DNA of 32,264 nucleotides from an uncultured Rhizobium sp. (GCA_964612235.1 CAZTCU010000003.1:1-32264), one strand, 5' to 3'. Positions 8,739-20,273 are shown, counted from the first letter of the stretch. Notes: generated by a model not told the origin, from the sequence alone. Numbers and translations: made by a program.

Positions 8739-10523
8739 ATGAGCCGTCCTTTGCGCTTTGGCCTGATCGGTTTGGGCGTTTTGGCGCTGCTTCTGCTGCT
8801 TTTGCCCTTCCTGATTCCGCTGTCGGTCTACAAGGACCGGGTCGAGCAGGAGCTTTCCGGCGCCATCGGCCGCCCCGTCCGCATCGAAGGCCCGATGAAG
8901 CTGACCGTCTTTCCCGACCTCGGCATCCGGGCCGAGCAGGTGGTGGTGGCCAATGTGCCGGGCGGGCAGGCGCCCTATCTGGCCCAGGCCGACGACATCC
9001 GCATCGCCGCAAGCTTCCGCGCCCTGTTCGGCGGCCGCATCGAAGTCTCGCAGGTTGTGGTCGACCATCCCGATTTCCGGTTTGAGGTCGACAGCCGGGG
9101 CCGTGCGAACTGGAACATCGCGCCCGCCGAAGGCCGCCAGAGCGGCTTGCTCGACCGCATGAAAACCTCCGTCGCCGAAGTGAAGCTGGCCGACGGCACC
9201 GCGCGCTATGAAGACGCGCGCACCAACACGCGCGAAGACATCCAGAACCTGGACGCCACGCTCGACTGGTTCGGCAAGACGCTCGCCCTTGAAGGCGAAT
9301 TGACCGACAGCGGCGAACGCATCGCCTTCGTCGCCAAGGCCTTCGATCCCACTGCCCTCGTCAATGCGCGCGCGTCCCATGTCGATCTGTCGCTCACCTC
9401 CGATCTGGTGCAGGCGAGTTTCAAAGGCGCGCTGACGTTGAACGGCCCCGCCAACGGCGCGCTCAAATTCGACACGCCGTCTTTGCGCAAGCTCGCCGCC
9501 TGGCGCGGACGCAGCCTCCCCAATGTCGGCGGACTTGGGCCCCTTTCGATCCAGGCGCATCTCTATCGCGGCACCGCGAGCTATACGCTGGCCAACCTCA
9601 AGCTCGCCCTCGACAACACCGCGATCACCGGCGCGCTGACGGTCGACAATTCGCAGACGACCTCGCTGCTCAAAGGCGCGCTCGCGCTCGACCGCCTCGA
9701 TATCGATCCCTACATCCTCCCGCCCGGCGCCAAACCGTCGGCGCGCGCCGACGCGTGGGATACCGCGCCCTTCGATCTGGCGCTGCTCACCCTGTTCGAC
9801 GCCGACCTCACGCTCGACATCGGCAGCCTGAACATCCGTTCGCTCAACGTGCAGCGCGCCAAGATCCCGGTCGTGCTGAAAGCAGGCGTTCTCGACACGC
9901 GCTTCGAACAATTCGCCCTCTATGGCGGCACGGGCACGATGTATCTGCACGTCGATGCGTCCGATCCGGTGCCTGCTTTCCATGCCCGTTTCGCGGCGCA
10001 CCGTTTCGCGGCGCGCCCGTTCTTCGCCAACATGCTGGGGGTCACCGGTATCGACGGCACCGGCGAGCTTTCGCTCGACGCCACCGCGCGCGGACAAAGC
10101 GTGGCGGCGGTGATGCGCAATCTCTGGGGCCGCGGCGACGTCGCGATCACCGAAGGCGCGATCCGCGGCGCCGATCTCGAACTTGCGGGCCGCGCGGTGC
10201 ATTTGGGTTCGCCCGATGCGGCGTTTGCCGACACGGCCGCGATGACGTTCGGCGTGCTGCGCGGCAGTTTCGCGCTCGCACACGGCGAATTGCGCAACGA
10301 GGATTTCGGCCTCTCCAATCCGATCGTCGAGATTCTCGGCGGCGGCACGATCGATCTCGGCGCACGGAAACTTTCTTTCGCCTTCCGCCCGCGTGCGCGT
10401 CTGGAGCATGACGATCGCCCGATGAACACCATCAGCGATTTCAGCGCGCCGTTCCGTCTTTCGGGAAACTGGAACAAGCTCGAATACACGCCCGGCGCCG
10501 CGCCTGTCGCTGCAACGCCGTAA
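8739..10523 (+). CDS. AsmA family protein
   Basis: N-terminal TM anchor, GRPVRIEG...FPDLGIRAEQV, LDRLDIDPY, LYGG, G.IDL motifs; start uncertain (8709 or 8739). Confidence 0.88.
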   Translation: MSRPLRFGLIGLGVLALLLLLLPFLIPLSVYKDRVEQELSGAIGRPVRIEGPMKLTVFPDLGIRAEQVVVANVPGGQAPYLAQADDIRIAASFRALFGGRIEVSQVVVDHPDFRFEVDSRGRANWNIAPAEGRQSGLLDRMKTSVAEVKLADGTARYEDARTNTREDIQNLDATLDWFGKTLALEGELTDSGERIAFVAKAFDPTALVNARASHVDLSLTSDLVQASFKGALTLNGPANGALKFDTPSLRKLAAWRGRSLPNVGGLGPLSIQAHLYRGTASYTLANLKLALDNTAITGALTVDNSQTTSLLKGALALDRLDIDPYILPPGAKPSARADAWDTAPFDLALLTLFDADLTLDIGSLNIRSLNVQRAKIPVVLKAGVLDTRFEQFALYGGTGTMYLHVDASDPVPAFHARFAAHRFAARPFFANMLGVTGIDGTGELSLDATARGQSVAAVMRNLWGRGDVAITEGAIRGADLELAGRAVHLGSPDAAFADTAAMTFGVLRGSFALAHGELRNEDFGLSNPIVEILGGGTIDLGARKLSFAFRPRARLEHDDRPMNTISDFSAPFRLSGNWNKLEYTPGAAPVAATP

Positions 10524-10683
10524 ACGGCGGTTATCTCAGGCGAATCCCGCAACGAGACGCATGTTTGCGTGCGTCAGCGAAAATTTTCCACAAATTCATC
10601 ATCCGGCATGCACCGAAACGGTTGACATGCAACTGCCGCGCGCGCCTCATCCGCCCGCGTGAATTTCGATTTGAAGGCCGGGT

Positions 10684-11097
10684 ATGTCCAGATTTCTGAG
10701 CCTCAAGGCGAGCATTCCCTTCGTTCTCGGTGCCGTAATCATGGCGGTGCCGCCGGTGTTGCAGCGGGCTTTCGCGGATGCCGCATCCGAAGTGGTGAAC
10801 GCGCAAACGCATGCGGGCCTCGCTGCCGCCTCCACCAAGATCGAAGGCGTGCACATCCATCTGCACCACACGCTGAACTGCCTGGTCGGTCCCGCCGGAC
10901 AAGGCTTCGATGCGAAACAGATGAATCCGTGCGCACAAGCCGGCAGCGGCGCGATCCCGGACACCACCGGTGCCGCCAAGAAGGAAGCGCTTGAAGCCGC
11001 CGCCGCCAAAGTGCGCGAAGGCATCGCCGCCACCGATTTCGCGGCCGCTCAGAAAGCCGCCGGCGAAGCCGCCAAGATGCTGAAGGCGGCAGAATAA
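10684..11097 (+). CDS. Secreted helical hypothetical protein with His/Cys cluster
   Basis: Signal-like N-terminus ending AFA; HIHLHHTLNCLVGP...NPC; strong coding bias. Confidence 0.75.
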   Translation: MSRFLSLKASIPFVLGAVIMAVPPVLQRAFADAASEVVNAQTHAGLAAASTKIEGVHIHLHHTLNCLVGPAGQGFDAKQMNPCAQAGSGAIPDTTGAAKKEALEAAAAKVREGIAATDFAAAQKAAGEAAKMLKAAE

Positions 11098-11104
11098 GAA
11101 CGCT

Positions 11105-11437
11105 TCAAACGATCGGTTCGTCCACGAAAGCGCGTCCCTGGCGGTCTTCGATCTCGACGATCCAGATATCGGGATCGAATTTTTTCTGCTTGTCGAAATA
11201 AGTCCGCGCGGCGTCTTCGCTCGCGTCCGACAGCGCCTTCATCCAGACGAGATCGCCCTCGCCCCGTCGCGCCTGCATCAGCACGTTGGAGGTGCCGTCA
11301 AGCCGGGCGACCTTCAGGAACACAGCGCCCGCTTCCTCAGACCCCTTCTTCACGACATAAGCCGACGCGCCCGCCACTTCCGCCCGCCGGATGAGCGCGC
11401 GCACGAAGATACCGGCTTTGAGACGGGGAACCATCAC
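11105..11437 (-). CDS. DUF1491 family protein
   Basis: PRLKAGIFVRALIRR...VVKKGSEEAGAVFLKV...FDPDIWIVEIEDRQG. Confidence 0.88.
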   Translation of the reverse strand: MMVPRLKAGIFVRALIRRAEVAGASAYVVKKGSEEAGAVFLKVARLDGTSNVLMQARRGEGDLVWMKALSDASEDAARTYFDKQKKFDPDIWIVEIEDRQGRAFVDEPIV

Positions 11438-11444
11438 GGTCGGA

Positions 11445-11669
11445 TCAAACCGGCAGGCCCAGATAGCGCCACAGCTTCTCGATCTGCAGCATGTCGAGTT
11501 CGACTTCGTTTTCGATCTGCTGGATCAGGCCGGCCTTCTCGCCACTCTGCTTGCGTTCGTGGCTCGCTTTCAAAACGTCTTCCAGCGTGCCGGACGCGCC
11601 ATGCGCATCCTTCCAGCCCGGAGTTTTCACCAGACTCCGCAATTCCTCGTCGGAGTATTTGTTCGCCAT
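11445..11669 (-). CDS. Hypothetical protein (74 aa)
   Basis: Fits between the kinase and DUF1491 on the same strand; AAGG upstream; protein-like composition. Confidence 0.7.
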   Translation of the reverse strand: MANKYSDEELRSLVKTPGWKDAHGASGTLEDVLKASHERKQSGEKAGLIQQIENEVELDMLQIEKLWRYLGLPV

Positions 11670-11726
11670 GGGATACCTTGCGTGTTCCGGGCGAACATTA
11701 ACATCGAACGTGCGGCTCTACGAGCG

Positions 11727-13541
<1,815 letters not shown>

Positions 13542-13543
13542 GC

Positions 13544-13558
13544 TTAACGAAGGTTGAA
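13544..13558. promoter_or_regulatory. Near-consensus CtrA box overlapping a GANTC site
   Basis: TTAA-N7-TGAA (one mismatch) with GAATC at 13556-13560; a second degenerate copy at 13618-13632. Confidence 0.55.
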
Positions 13559-13735
13559 TCCGGCGGAATTTCTTTCCGAACTATTCAACATAATGCTCCG
13601 GTCAAATTTACCTCCCGGTAACCAAGGTAAAATGCCCAGTGTTCCGCCTTGTTTTGCAACGATTCCCTAAGCTTGCCGAGCGCAAATTGCGGTTGTGTCG
13701 GATTGCGGCCGGGGCCCGTGAAACTCTCACCGATC

Positions 13736-15322
13736 ATGCATGCACCCGAATCGGAGGTGCCCGAATCGGCTTTCCTGCCCGAAGCGCTGGACGCGCTGCG
13801 CGTTGCGCTGACCGTGTTCGACGCCGACATGCGGCTCGTCTATGCCAACCGGCACTTCAATTATCTCTTCCGCTCGATGCCCGATCGCGAAACGCTGATC
13901 GGGGCGAAGTACGAAGATCTGATCCGCCGAGAAGTCGAGGGCGGCGAAATCGCGCCGGCCGCACTTCTTCCGGGCCTTGCGACGTTCATCGCAAGGCGCC
14001 AGGCCCAATTCCGCGTCGGCGAATTCCGTCCGATGGACGTTGCGCTTTCCGACGGGCGCATCATCGAAATCAAGGCGCGCCGGACCAAAAGCGGCGGCTG
14101 GATCGCGCTGTGGACCGACGTCACGCAGGCGCGTCACGATCTGATGCGCTTCGAGGACGTGACCGAGCTTTCGTCCGATGCGGTGGCCTTCTACGACAAG
14201 GCCGACAAGCTCGTCATGTGCAATGACGGTTATGCGAAGATGGTGGGCCTGACCTCGCCCGATCAGTTGAAGGGCCTGTTCTTCGCCGACATCGTGCGGC
14301 GTGCGGTGGAAAGCGACCAGTTCGTGATCGACGCCGACATCGATTTCGTCGCCCAGCGCACCGCCATGCGTCGCGTGCCGACCGCCGCCTATACGCTGCA
14401 GACCAAATCGGGCACGAGCTATCTGGTGCGCGACCGCGCCACGCGCGACGGTGGACGCGCCGTCGTCTTCACCGACGTGACCGACAACCGGCGCACCGAA
14501 GCGGCCCTCGACGAACAGATCCAGGCGCTGAAACGCACACAACATGCGCTCGCCAGCCTGCGGGCGGAATCGGTCCGGCAGGCAAGCTATCTCGAAGACG
14601 TGACGCGCCAGCTGGGCGCGGTGAAGGCCGAGGCGGGCACCGCCAAGACCGCGCTCATGCGCACCATGAGTCACGAATTGAAAACGCCGCTCAACGCCAT
14701 CATCGGTTTCGCCGATCTGTTGCGCACGCCGGGCGCGAACTGGTCGCCGCTGCAGGTCGTGGAATATGCCGACCTGATCCATACCGGCGGGCTCAGTCTT
14801 TTGAGGCTGCTTAATCAGATCCTCGATCTCACGCGCATCGCGGGCGGGCGTTACGATCTGCGGCGCGAACGGCTCGACGCGAAACTCACCATGCAGGATG
14901 TGCAGGCGAATTTCGCCGAACGCGCGCAAGCCAAATCCATCGCGATAAACGCAAACGCCTGCGTCTCGGGCGTGATCGTTGACGCCGACGAGAATGCGTT
15001 GCGCGGCATGCTCGCCCAATTGCTCGACAACGCGATCAACTTCACGCAAGCGGGCGGCAAGGTGGACCTGATGGTCAACCGCGCGGGCCCGCGCGTGCGT
15101 TTCGTGGTGTCGGACAATGGGCCCGGTGTCGAACCGGAAGATCTCGAACGCATCCTCGAACCGTTCGAACAGGTGGGCCGCAGCACGTCGGATCATCAGG
15201 GCGGCGCGGGCCTCGGCCTCACGCTGGCCAAATCGCTCGCCGAACTGCATGGCGGCTCGCTGGTGGTCGAAAGCGTGCCCGGCCACGGCTTCACCGCGAT
15301 GCTCGAACTACCCGGCGCCTGA
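13736..15322 (+). CDS. Soluble two-PAS histidine kinase (PleC/DivJ-homologue, PdhS-like)
   Basis: Two PAS-like repeats (VFDADMRLVYAN; FYDKADKLVMCN), coiled coil, MSHELKTPLNAIIGF, DNAINFT, DNGPG, GAGLGL; no TM segment. Confidence 0.9.
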   Translation: MHAPESEVPESAFLPEALDALRVALTVFDADMRLVYANRHFNYLFRSMPDRETLIGAKYEDLIRREVEGGEIAPAALLPGLATFIARRQAQFRVGEFRPMDVALSDGRIIEIKARRTKSGGWIALWTDVTQARHDLMRFEDVTELSSDAVAFYDKADKLVMCNDGYAKMVGLTSPDQLKGLFFADIVRRAVESDQFVIDADIDFVAQRTAMRRVPTAAYTLQTKSGTSYLVRDRATRDGGRAVVFTDVTDNRRTEAALDEQIQALKRTQHALASLRAESVRQASYLEDVTRQLGAVKAEAGTAKTALMRTMSHELKTPLNAIIGFADLLRTPGANWSPLQVVEYADLIHTGGLSLLRLLNQILDLTRIAGGRYDLRRERLDAKLTMQDVQANFAERAQAKSIAINANACVSGVIVDADENALRGMLAQLLDNAINFTQAGGKVDLMVNRAGPRVRFVVSDNGPGVEPEDLERILEPFEQVGRSTSDHQGGAGLGLTLAKSLAELHGGSLVVESVPGHGFTAMLELPGA

Positions 15323-15369
15323 TCTCGCCGGGCCGGAAAAGCCGGCCCCTCCGGGTTGCTCCGCACAAT

Positions 15370-15580
15370 TATATTGCGTTGCGATAAAAGTCCCAGGCGC
15401 AATAAAATGACGCCAGAAGTCCTAGTTTAAGTAGAGGACTTGAAAAATTTCTTATGCGTTGTTTGCACAATAGATTCATATAGTTAACCATGTTCTACCA
15501 GTGCGCGAATCGAAATTCCTGCGCTTTTTTTCAGATTCGCTATCGAACACCTCAAAATCTGTAGGATAACTGTCCCACGC
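15370..15580 (+). promoter_or_regulatory. AT-rich control region with inverted repeats upstream of the gafYZ-like genes
   Basis: AAGTCCT-N11-AGGACTT (15417-15441), AAGTCCC (15388), TAGGA-N6-TCCCA (15562-15577), TTAACC half site (15484), three GANTC sites. Confidence 0.55.
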
Positions 15581-15618
15581 AGTTGGAGGCTGCTGTTTTG
15601 GCTCACAAAGGGGACGAC

Positions 15619-15957
15619 ATGAAACGCGTTGGGGTACCAAGAAAGAAAAGGGGTGGGGGAAAGAACATCTGGCTGGCTCATGCCGTGGTGGCGGCCAGTT
15701 GCGGATTGCCGATGACGGAGATGCGCAGCCGCACGCGCCGGCTCGAAGCGCAGAAGGCGCGCCAGCTTGCGACCTATCTGGCGCGCGTTGTGTTCGGCAT
15801 CGGCTTGCGGGAACTCGCTGCCGAGACGGGGCGCAGTCCCGCCACGGTGTTCCATGCCTGCCGTCAGGTGGAGCGTTGGCGCGACGATCCGCAATACGAC
15901 CATTCGGTGGAGAGGCTCGAATTCCAGTTGCGCAAGGCGGCGGGGGTGACGCCATGA
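15619..15957 (+). CDS. DnaA domain IV-like HTH protein (GafY-like)
   Basis: ARQLATYLARVVFG...GRSPATVFHACRQVERWRDD resembles the DnaA C-terminal HTH; AAGGGGA RBS; ATGA overlap with the next gene. Confidence 0.8.
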   Translation: MKRVGVPRKKRGGGKNIWLAHAVVAASCGLPMTEMRSRTRRLEAQKARQLATYLARVVFGIGLRELAAETGRSPATVFHACRQVERWRDDPQYDHSVERLEFQLRKAAGVTP

Positions 15958-16745
15958 GCGTGGGCGAACAGGAAGTGATGCGCGAGGCGCGGCGCGTGCT
16001 GCGCAAGCTCGCAAGCGGCAAGCGGTTGGTGGCCTGCGATGCGGCGCGTTTCGCGGTGACCGGAACAGGCGCGATGCGCAACGCGATGAAGGTCGAACGC
16101 CGCACGGTGGAAGCCTTTGCCGCGCGCGACTGGCTGAAGGGTTCGGCCGAGAACGGTTTTGCGTTGAGCGATGTGGGACTGGGCTGGCTCAAGCGCGCCG
16201 AATGCGAAGGTGCCTCGCCGTTTGCCGCGCAACACCGCGCCGTCACGCGGCGCAAGGTGCTCGATCCCAACGGTTTGGAACGCGAGGTCGAGATCAACGA
16301 AGCGGAATCGCCCATCGCGTGGCTCCGGCATCGCGGCATGATCAACGCGATGCAATACGAGGCGGGTGATCGCCTGCGCCGCGATTTCACCCTGGCGCGG
16401 CTCGCGCCGCGTCTCGGCGTCGATCTCGATGCGCCGGTGGTGCTCGCAAGCTCGCGCTCGCCGGCCGAATTCTCCGATATGGTGCTGGCGGCCAAGCAGC
16501 GTTTCACGCTCGCGATGAAGGCGGTGGGGCCGGGATTGTCGGATATTCTGTTCGGCGTCTGCTGCCACCTCATGCGGCTCGAAGGCATCGAACAGGAGCT
16601 TGGCTGGCCGCAACGTTCCGCCAAGGTGGTGCTGCAGATCGCGCTCGACCGTTTGGGCGAGCATTACGGCCTCGGCATCACCGCGCCGCCGCAGTCGAAA
16701 ATGCGAAGCTGGACTTCGATGATGCCCGAGATGGCGGCGCGATGA
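15954..16745 (+). CDS. DUF6456 domain protein (GafZ / GafA C-terminal-like activator)
   Basis: NEAESPIAWL...AGDRLRRDF...VGPGLSDILFGVCC...IEQELGWPQRSAKVVLQIALDRLGEHYG. Confidence 0.85.
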   Translation: MSVGEQEVMREARRVLRKLASGKRLVACDAARFAVTGTGAMRNAMKVERRTVEAFAARDWLKGSAENGFALSDVGLGWLKRAECEGASPFAAQHRAVTRRKVLDPNGLEREVEINEAESPIAWLRHRGMINAMQYEAGDRLRRDFTLARLAPRLGVDLDAPVVLASSRSPAEFSDMVLAAKQRFTLAMKAVGPGLSDILFGVCCHLMRLEGIEQELGWPQRSAKVVLQIALDRLGEHYGLGITAPPQSKMRSWTSMMPEMAAR

Positions 16746-16877
16746 GCGTGAGAGCAGGCTTGCCCGCCAACCGGCAAAAGATAAACTGGCGAGATTCGAA
16801 TAGTGCGCCAGTAAAAACTTTGTTTTTGCGGAGGCTGCTTATTTTCTTCGAAAACATTCAGCGATTGAGCGGTTGAT

Positions 16878-19559
16878 ATGACTGCCCTCTTTGCATTCGT
16901 CGCGCTCATCATCGCCGTTTTAGCCTATTCCAACGCCAAAGCGGGCGAGCGCAATCTGGCGGCGGCGTTGCGCACGATCCGCGATCTGTCCAACCAGCTC
17001 GCCGCGATGAGCGCCAATCTGCAGGCGCTGCGCAAGCAACTCGGCTTGCCGGAAGAAACGAGCGCGCCGCCCACCCCGGAGCCTGTCGTGGCAGCGCCCG
17101 CCACCGTCCCGCAAATGGCGAAGGCCACCGTGCCGGGCGAGGTCGTTGCCAGGCCCGCCGCGCCACCACCACCTCCGCCACCGAAAAAAGCGCCCGCAAG
17201 AGGGAGAAATCTCGAAGAAGCCTTCACGTCGCGTTGGCTCGTATGGCTCGGCGCGCTTGCCATCGCGCTCGCAGGCACATTCTTCGTTCGCTATGCGATC
17301 GATCACGGTTTCCTCGGACCGGTTGCCCGCGTCACGCTCGGCTTCCTTGGCGGTATCGCACTTGCTCTGGCAGGCGAATGGTTGCGCCGCAGGCCTCTGC
17401 AACGCGCCATCGCTGCCGTGCGCACCAATCAGGTACCGCCTTCGCTAACGGCAGCCGGTCTCTTCACGGCATTCGTCAGCATTTATGCGGCCTATGCGCT
17501 CTACAATCTGCTGTCGCCGCTTGCGGCGTTCATGGGGCTGGCTCTCGTAGCGCTTCTGGGCATCGCGCTCTCGCTGCTGCACGGACGCTTCGTCGCCTTC
17601 ATGGGATTGTTCGGCGCTTTCGCGGCGCCGGCGATGATCGATACGCCCAATCCCTCCGCGTGGTCTCTGTTTGCTTATCTTCTGGTGGTCGAAGCGGCAT
17701 GTCTTGCAGTGGCGCGCTACAGATCGTGGTGGACCTTTGCCTTCGCCACGCTCGCTGGCGCTGCGGCGTGGCCGTTCCTTTGGCTTCTCGACACGCCCAC
17801 ACATGCAGCCGACGTGCCGCCGCTTGGCGTTTATCTGTTGCTGAGCGTCAGCGCGTTCTTCGCGCTGCGCCGCGGAATGCCCGAACCCGAAACGCACGCG
17901 AACTGGACAGATGAATTCCAGGGTTTCCGGATGCCGGAATGGGTGGTCTGGGTCGCTGCGTGCACGATCGCCGTAGTGCTCTACATCGTCGTGGAAGCCG
18001 CGGACTACAATGCAGCCGGAATGATTTTCGTCGCCCTCACGGCGATGCTCTATCTCGTCATGGCAAGGCGTTATGCCATCCTCGTCAGCCTCTGCGTGGT
18101 GGCCGCGCTCCTTGCTCTGCTTGTCGTCATATCCATGCCGGTTCCAGAAATCGCTGTCGTGCATTCCGCGTTTCGCGATACGTCCTGGATTCCGGCCAAG
18201 CTGCAATATTTCGCCGTCGTCAATATCGTGTTCGGCGCCTTGTTCGGGATTTTCGGTTTCGGCGCGCTATGGGGTTCGCATCGGCCCGCATTGTGGGCGG
18301 GCGTATCGGCAGCCATGCCTGTCCTGCTTCTTGTCAACGCCTATTATCGCGTGAATGCGTTCGGAGTGGATATTTCGTGGGCCTTGCTGGCGTTGGCGCT
18401 TGCAGTAATGGCTTTGATCGCTGCGGGACGGGTCGAACGCTATCGCGCGGCGCGCGGTCTGGAAATCACGCTCGCATTCTATGCCGCCGCCGTTGTCGCG
18501 CTTGTCAGCCTTGCCGCCGCCATGAGCGTGCGCCAAGCGTGGTTGACCGTGGCGCTTTCGTTGCAAGTCCCGGCGCTCGCATTGATCCACACGCGCGTAC
18601 GCAGCCGATCGCTGCAGATCATGGCGGCCATTCTTGTTTTCACCGTGCTGCTGCGATTGGTGTTTAACTACAACATCCTCAATTACCCGCTGGACAGCGG
18701 CCCTGCCACAAGCTGGGTGATCTACGGTTATGGCATTCCCGCGATTTCGTTCCTGTGGGCGGCGCGCATCTTCCGGCCGCTCGACGGCGAATGGCTGGCG
18801 TCATTCCTCGAAGCCGCAGGTTTTGTCTTCTGCGTGCTTCTGGTCTCGCTGGAGATCAGACTGTTCGTGACGGGCTCGCTCGCAACCCCGAGATACGAAC
18901 TCCTCGAACAAAGCCTGCAGTCGATCTCCTGGCTCGGCATCGGTGCTGCGCTGGCCGTGTATCATCGCAAAACCGGCCGCGAAGTAGCACTCTATGCCGG
19001 CATGGCTCTCATCGGATTGGCCACGCTTCAGGTTTTCGTGCTGCAACTGCTGGCGTTCAATCCGATGTTGTGGCGGTCCTTTGTGGGAACCATGCCCATC
19101 TTCAACGTTCTGTTGCTCGCCTATGCGGTGCCTGCAGCGTTCGCATTCGGAATATCGTTTGCGCTCGTCAAAACGAAGTTGGCGAAATTCGCGGACTATG
19201 CGGCGGGCGCAGGATTTGTTCTGACCTTTGCTTACATTTCGCTTGAGACCATGCATGCGTTCCAGGGACCGCGACTGGACGTGTCGCGCAGCAGCGATGC
19301 AGAAATCTATGCCTATTCCGTGGTATGGATGATCTACGCCGTCGCACTGCTCGCGCTCGGCATCACGTTCGGCAAATCTCAGTTGCGCTATGCGTCTCTC
19401 GGCGTGCTGATCGTCACGGTGTCCAAGGTGTTCCTGTCCGATATGTCCGGCCTCACTGGCCTCTATCGCGTGGCGTCATTCCTGGGGTTGGGACTGACGA
19501 TGATCGGGATCGGCTACATCTATCAGCGTTTCGTCTTTCCCCGTCCGTCGATGCGATGA
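16878..19559 (+). CDS. DUF2339 family polytopic membrane protein
   Basis: Coiled coil and Pro linker, LEEAFTSRWLVWLG...FFVRYAID.G.LGP..R, many TM helices, C-terminal KVFLSDMSGLTGLYRVASFLGLG. Confidence 0.9.
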   Translation: MTALFAFVALIIAVLAYSNAKAGERNLAAALRTIRDLSNQLAAMSANLQALRKQLGLPEETSAPPTPEPVVAAPATVPQMAKATVPGEVVARPAAPPPPPPPKKAPARGRNLEEAFTSRWLVWLGALAIALAGTFFVRYAIDHGFLGPVARVTLGFLGGIALALAGEWLRRRPLQRAIAAVRTNQVPPSLTAAGLFTAFVSIYAAYALYNLLSPLAAFMGLALVALLGIALSLLHGRFVAFMGLFGAFAAPAMIDTPNPSAWSLFAYLLVVEAACLAVARYRSWWTFAFATLAGAAAWPFLWLLDTPTHAADVPPLGVYLLLSVSAFFALRRGMPEPETHANWTDEFQGFRMPEWVVWVAACTIAVVLYIVVEAADYNAAGMIFVALTAMLYLVMARRYAILVSLCVVAALLALLVVISMPVPEIAVVHSAFRDTSWIPAKLQYFAVVNIVFGALFGIFGFGALWGSHRPALWAGVSAAMPVLLLVNAYYRVNAFGVDISWALLALALAVMALIAAGRVERYRAARGLEITLAFYAAAVVALVSLAAAMSVRQAWLTVALSLQVPALALIHTRVRSRSLQIMAAILVFTVLLRLVFNYNILNYPLDSGPATSWVIYGYGIPAISFLWAARIFRPLDGEWLASFLEAAGFVFCVLLVSLEIRLFVTGSLATPRYELLEQSLQSISWLGIGAALAVYHRKTGREVALYAGMALIGLATLQVFVLQLLAFNPMLWRSFVGTMPIFNVLLLAYAVPAAFAFGISFALVKTKLAKFADYAAGAGFVLTFAYISLETMHAFQGPRLDVSRSSDAEIYAYSVVWMIYAVALLALGITFGKSQLRYASLGVLIVTVSKVFLSDMSGLTGLYRVASFLGLGLTMIGIGYIYQRFVFPRPSMR

Positions 19560-19561
19560 GA

Positions 19562-20032
19562 TCAGAGCCTGAGCAGATATTTATGCACGCCATCCAGCAC
19601 CAGCTCGCGCTTCTGATTGTGGACCGTCGCGCGCATCACCACGATGCCCGTCGTGCGTTGCGGGATGAGTTCGACGATCTCAAGCGCGGGATGCAGCGTG
19701 TCGCCGGGATAGACCGCTTTGAGGAATTTCGCATTGACCTCGATGAAGCCGATCAGGCTTTCGCCGATGACATGGGGAAAAAGCCCCGCGCCCGCCGCGG
19801 TGAACGCCAGCACTTGAAGCCCGTGTGCCAGCGGGGCAGGGTGGCCCAGCGCCCTGCAATATTCGACGTCGTAATGGATCGGATGATTGTCGAGGCTCAC
19901 CGTCTGGAATGCGGTGAAATTGCCGTCGCCCAGCGTGCGCGAGGGATTGCGGAAGATCTCGCCCACTTTCAGCTCGCGGAAAGACCGCAAGGAAACGACG
20001 CGATGGTTTTTGGGATCGAATGTTTCTGTCAT
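19562..20032 (-). CDS. MaoC family dehydratase
   Basis: SLDNHPIHYD hydratase motif, AHG, FLKAVYPGDTL, HNQ. Confidence 0.9.
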   Translation of the reverse strand: MTETFDPKNHRVVSLRSFRELKVGEIFRNPSRTLGDGNFTAFQTVSLDNHPIHYDVEYCRALGHPAPLAHGLQVLAFTAAGAGLFPHVIGESLIGFIEVNAKFLKAVYPGDTLHPALEIVELIPQRTTGIVVMRATVHNQKRELVLDGVHKYLLRL

Positions 20033-20066
20033 GGCCCGCGCATTGAGAGCGGCGGGAACTTTCCTG

Positions 20067-20273
20067 TCAAATCCGGTCCAACAGGCTCCCGCCGCGCTCG
20101 GCCTGGCTTTCGGCGATGTCGGAGCGGACTTTCGCGATGTCGTCGAGCACGGCCGATTGCAGCGCCACGAGCACGCCCGATGCCGGCGCGGCTTCGCCCG
20201 CCTTTCCCGATTCATGCGGGATCAGCAGCAAAACGCCCGCAAAAACTATGGCCGCCCTGAGAATCACTTCCAC
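20067..20273 (-). CDS. Small membrane-anchored protein (possibly DUF5330-like)
   Basis: GTG start, ILRAAIVFAGVLLLIP N-terminus followed by an amphipathic helix. Confidence 0.55.
   Translation of the reverse strand: MEVILRAAIVFAGVLLLIPHESGKAGEAAPASGVLVALQSAVLDDIAKVRSDIAESQAERGGSLLDRI

Noticed and set aside
15330-15348. GGGCCGG-AAAAG-CCGGCCC as an intrinsic terminator
   Set aside because: The stem is real but has no U-tract on either strand, so it is not called as a terminator
15619-15957. dnaA gene or replication origin
   Set aside because: Only a domain-IV-like HTH with no AAA+ domain, and I saw no cluster of TTATCCACA boxes in the adjacent AT-rich region
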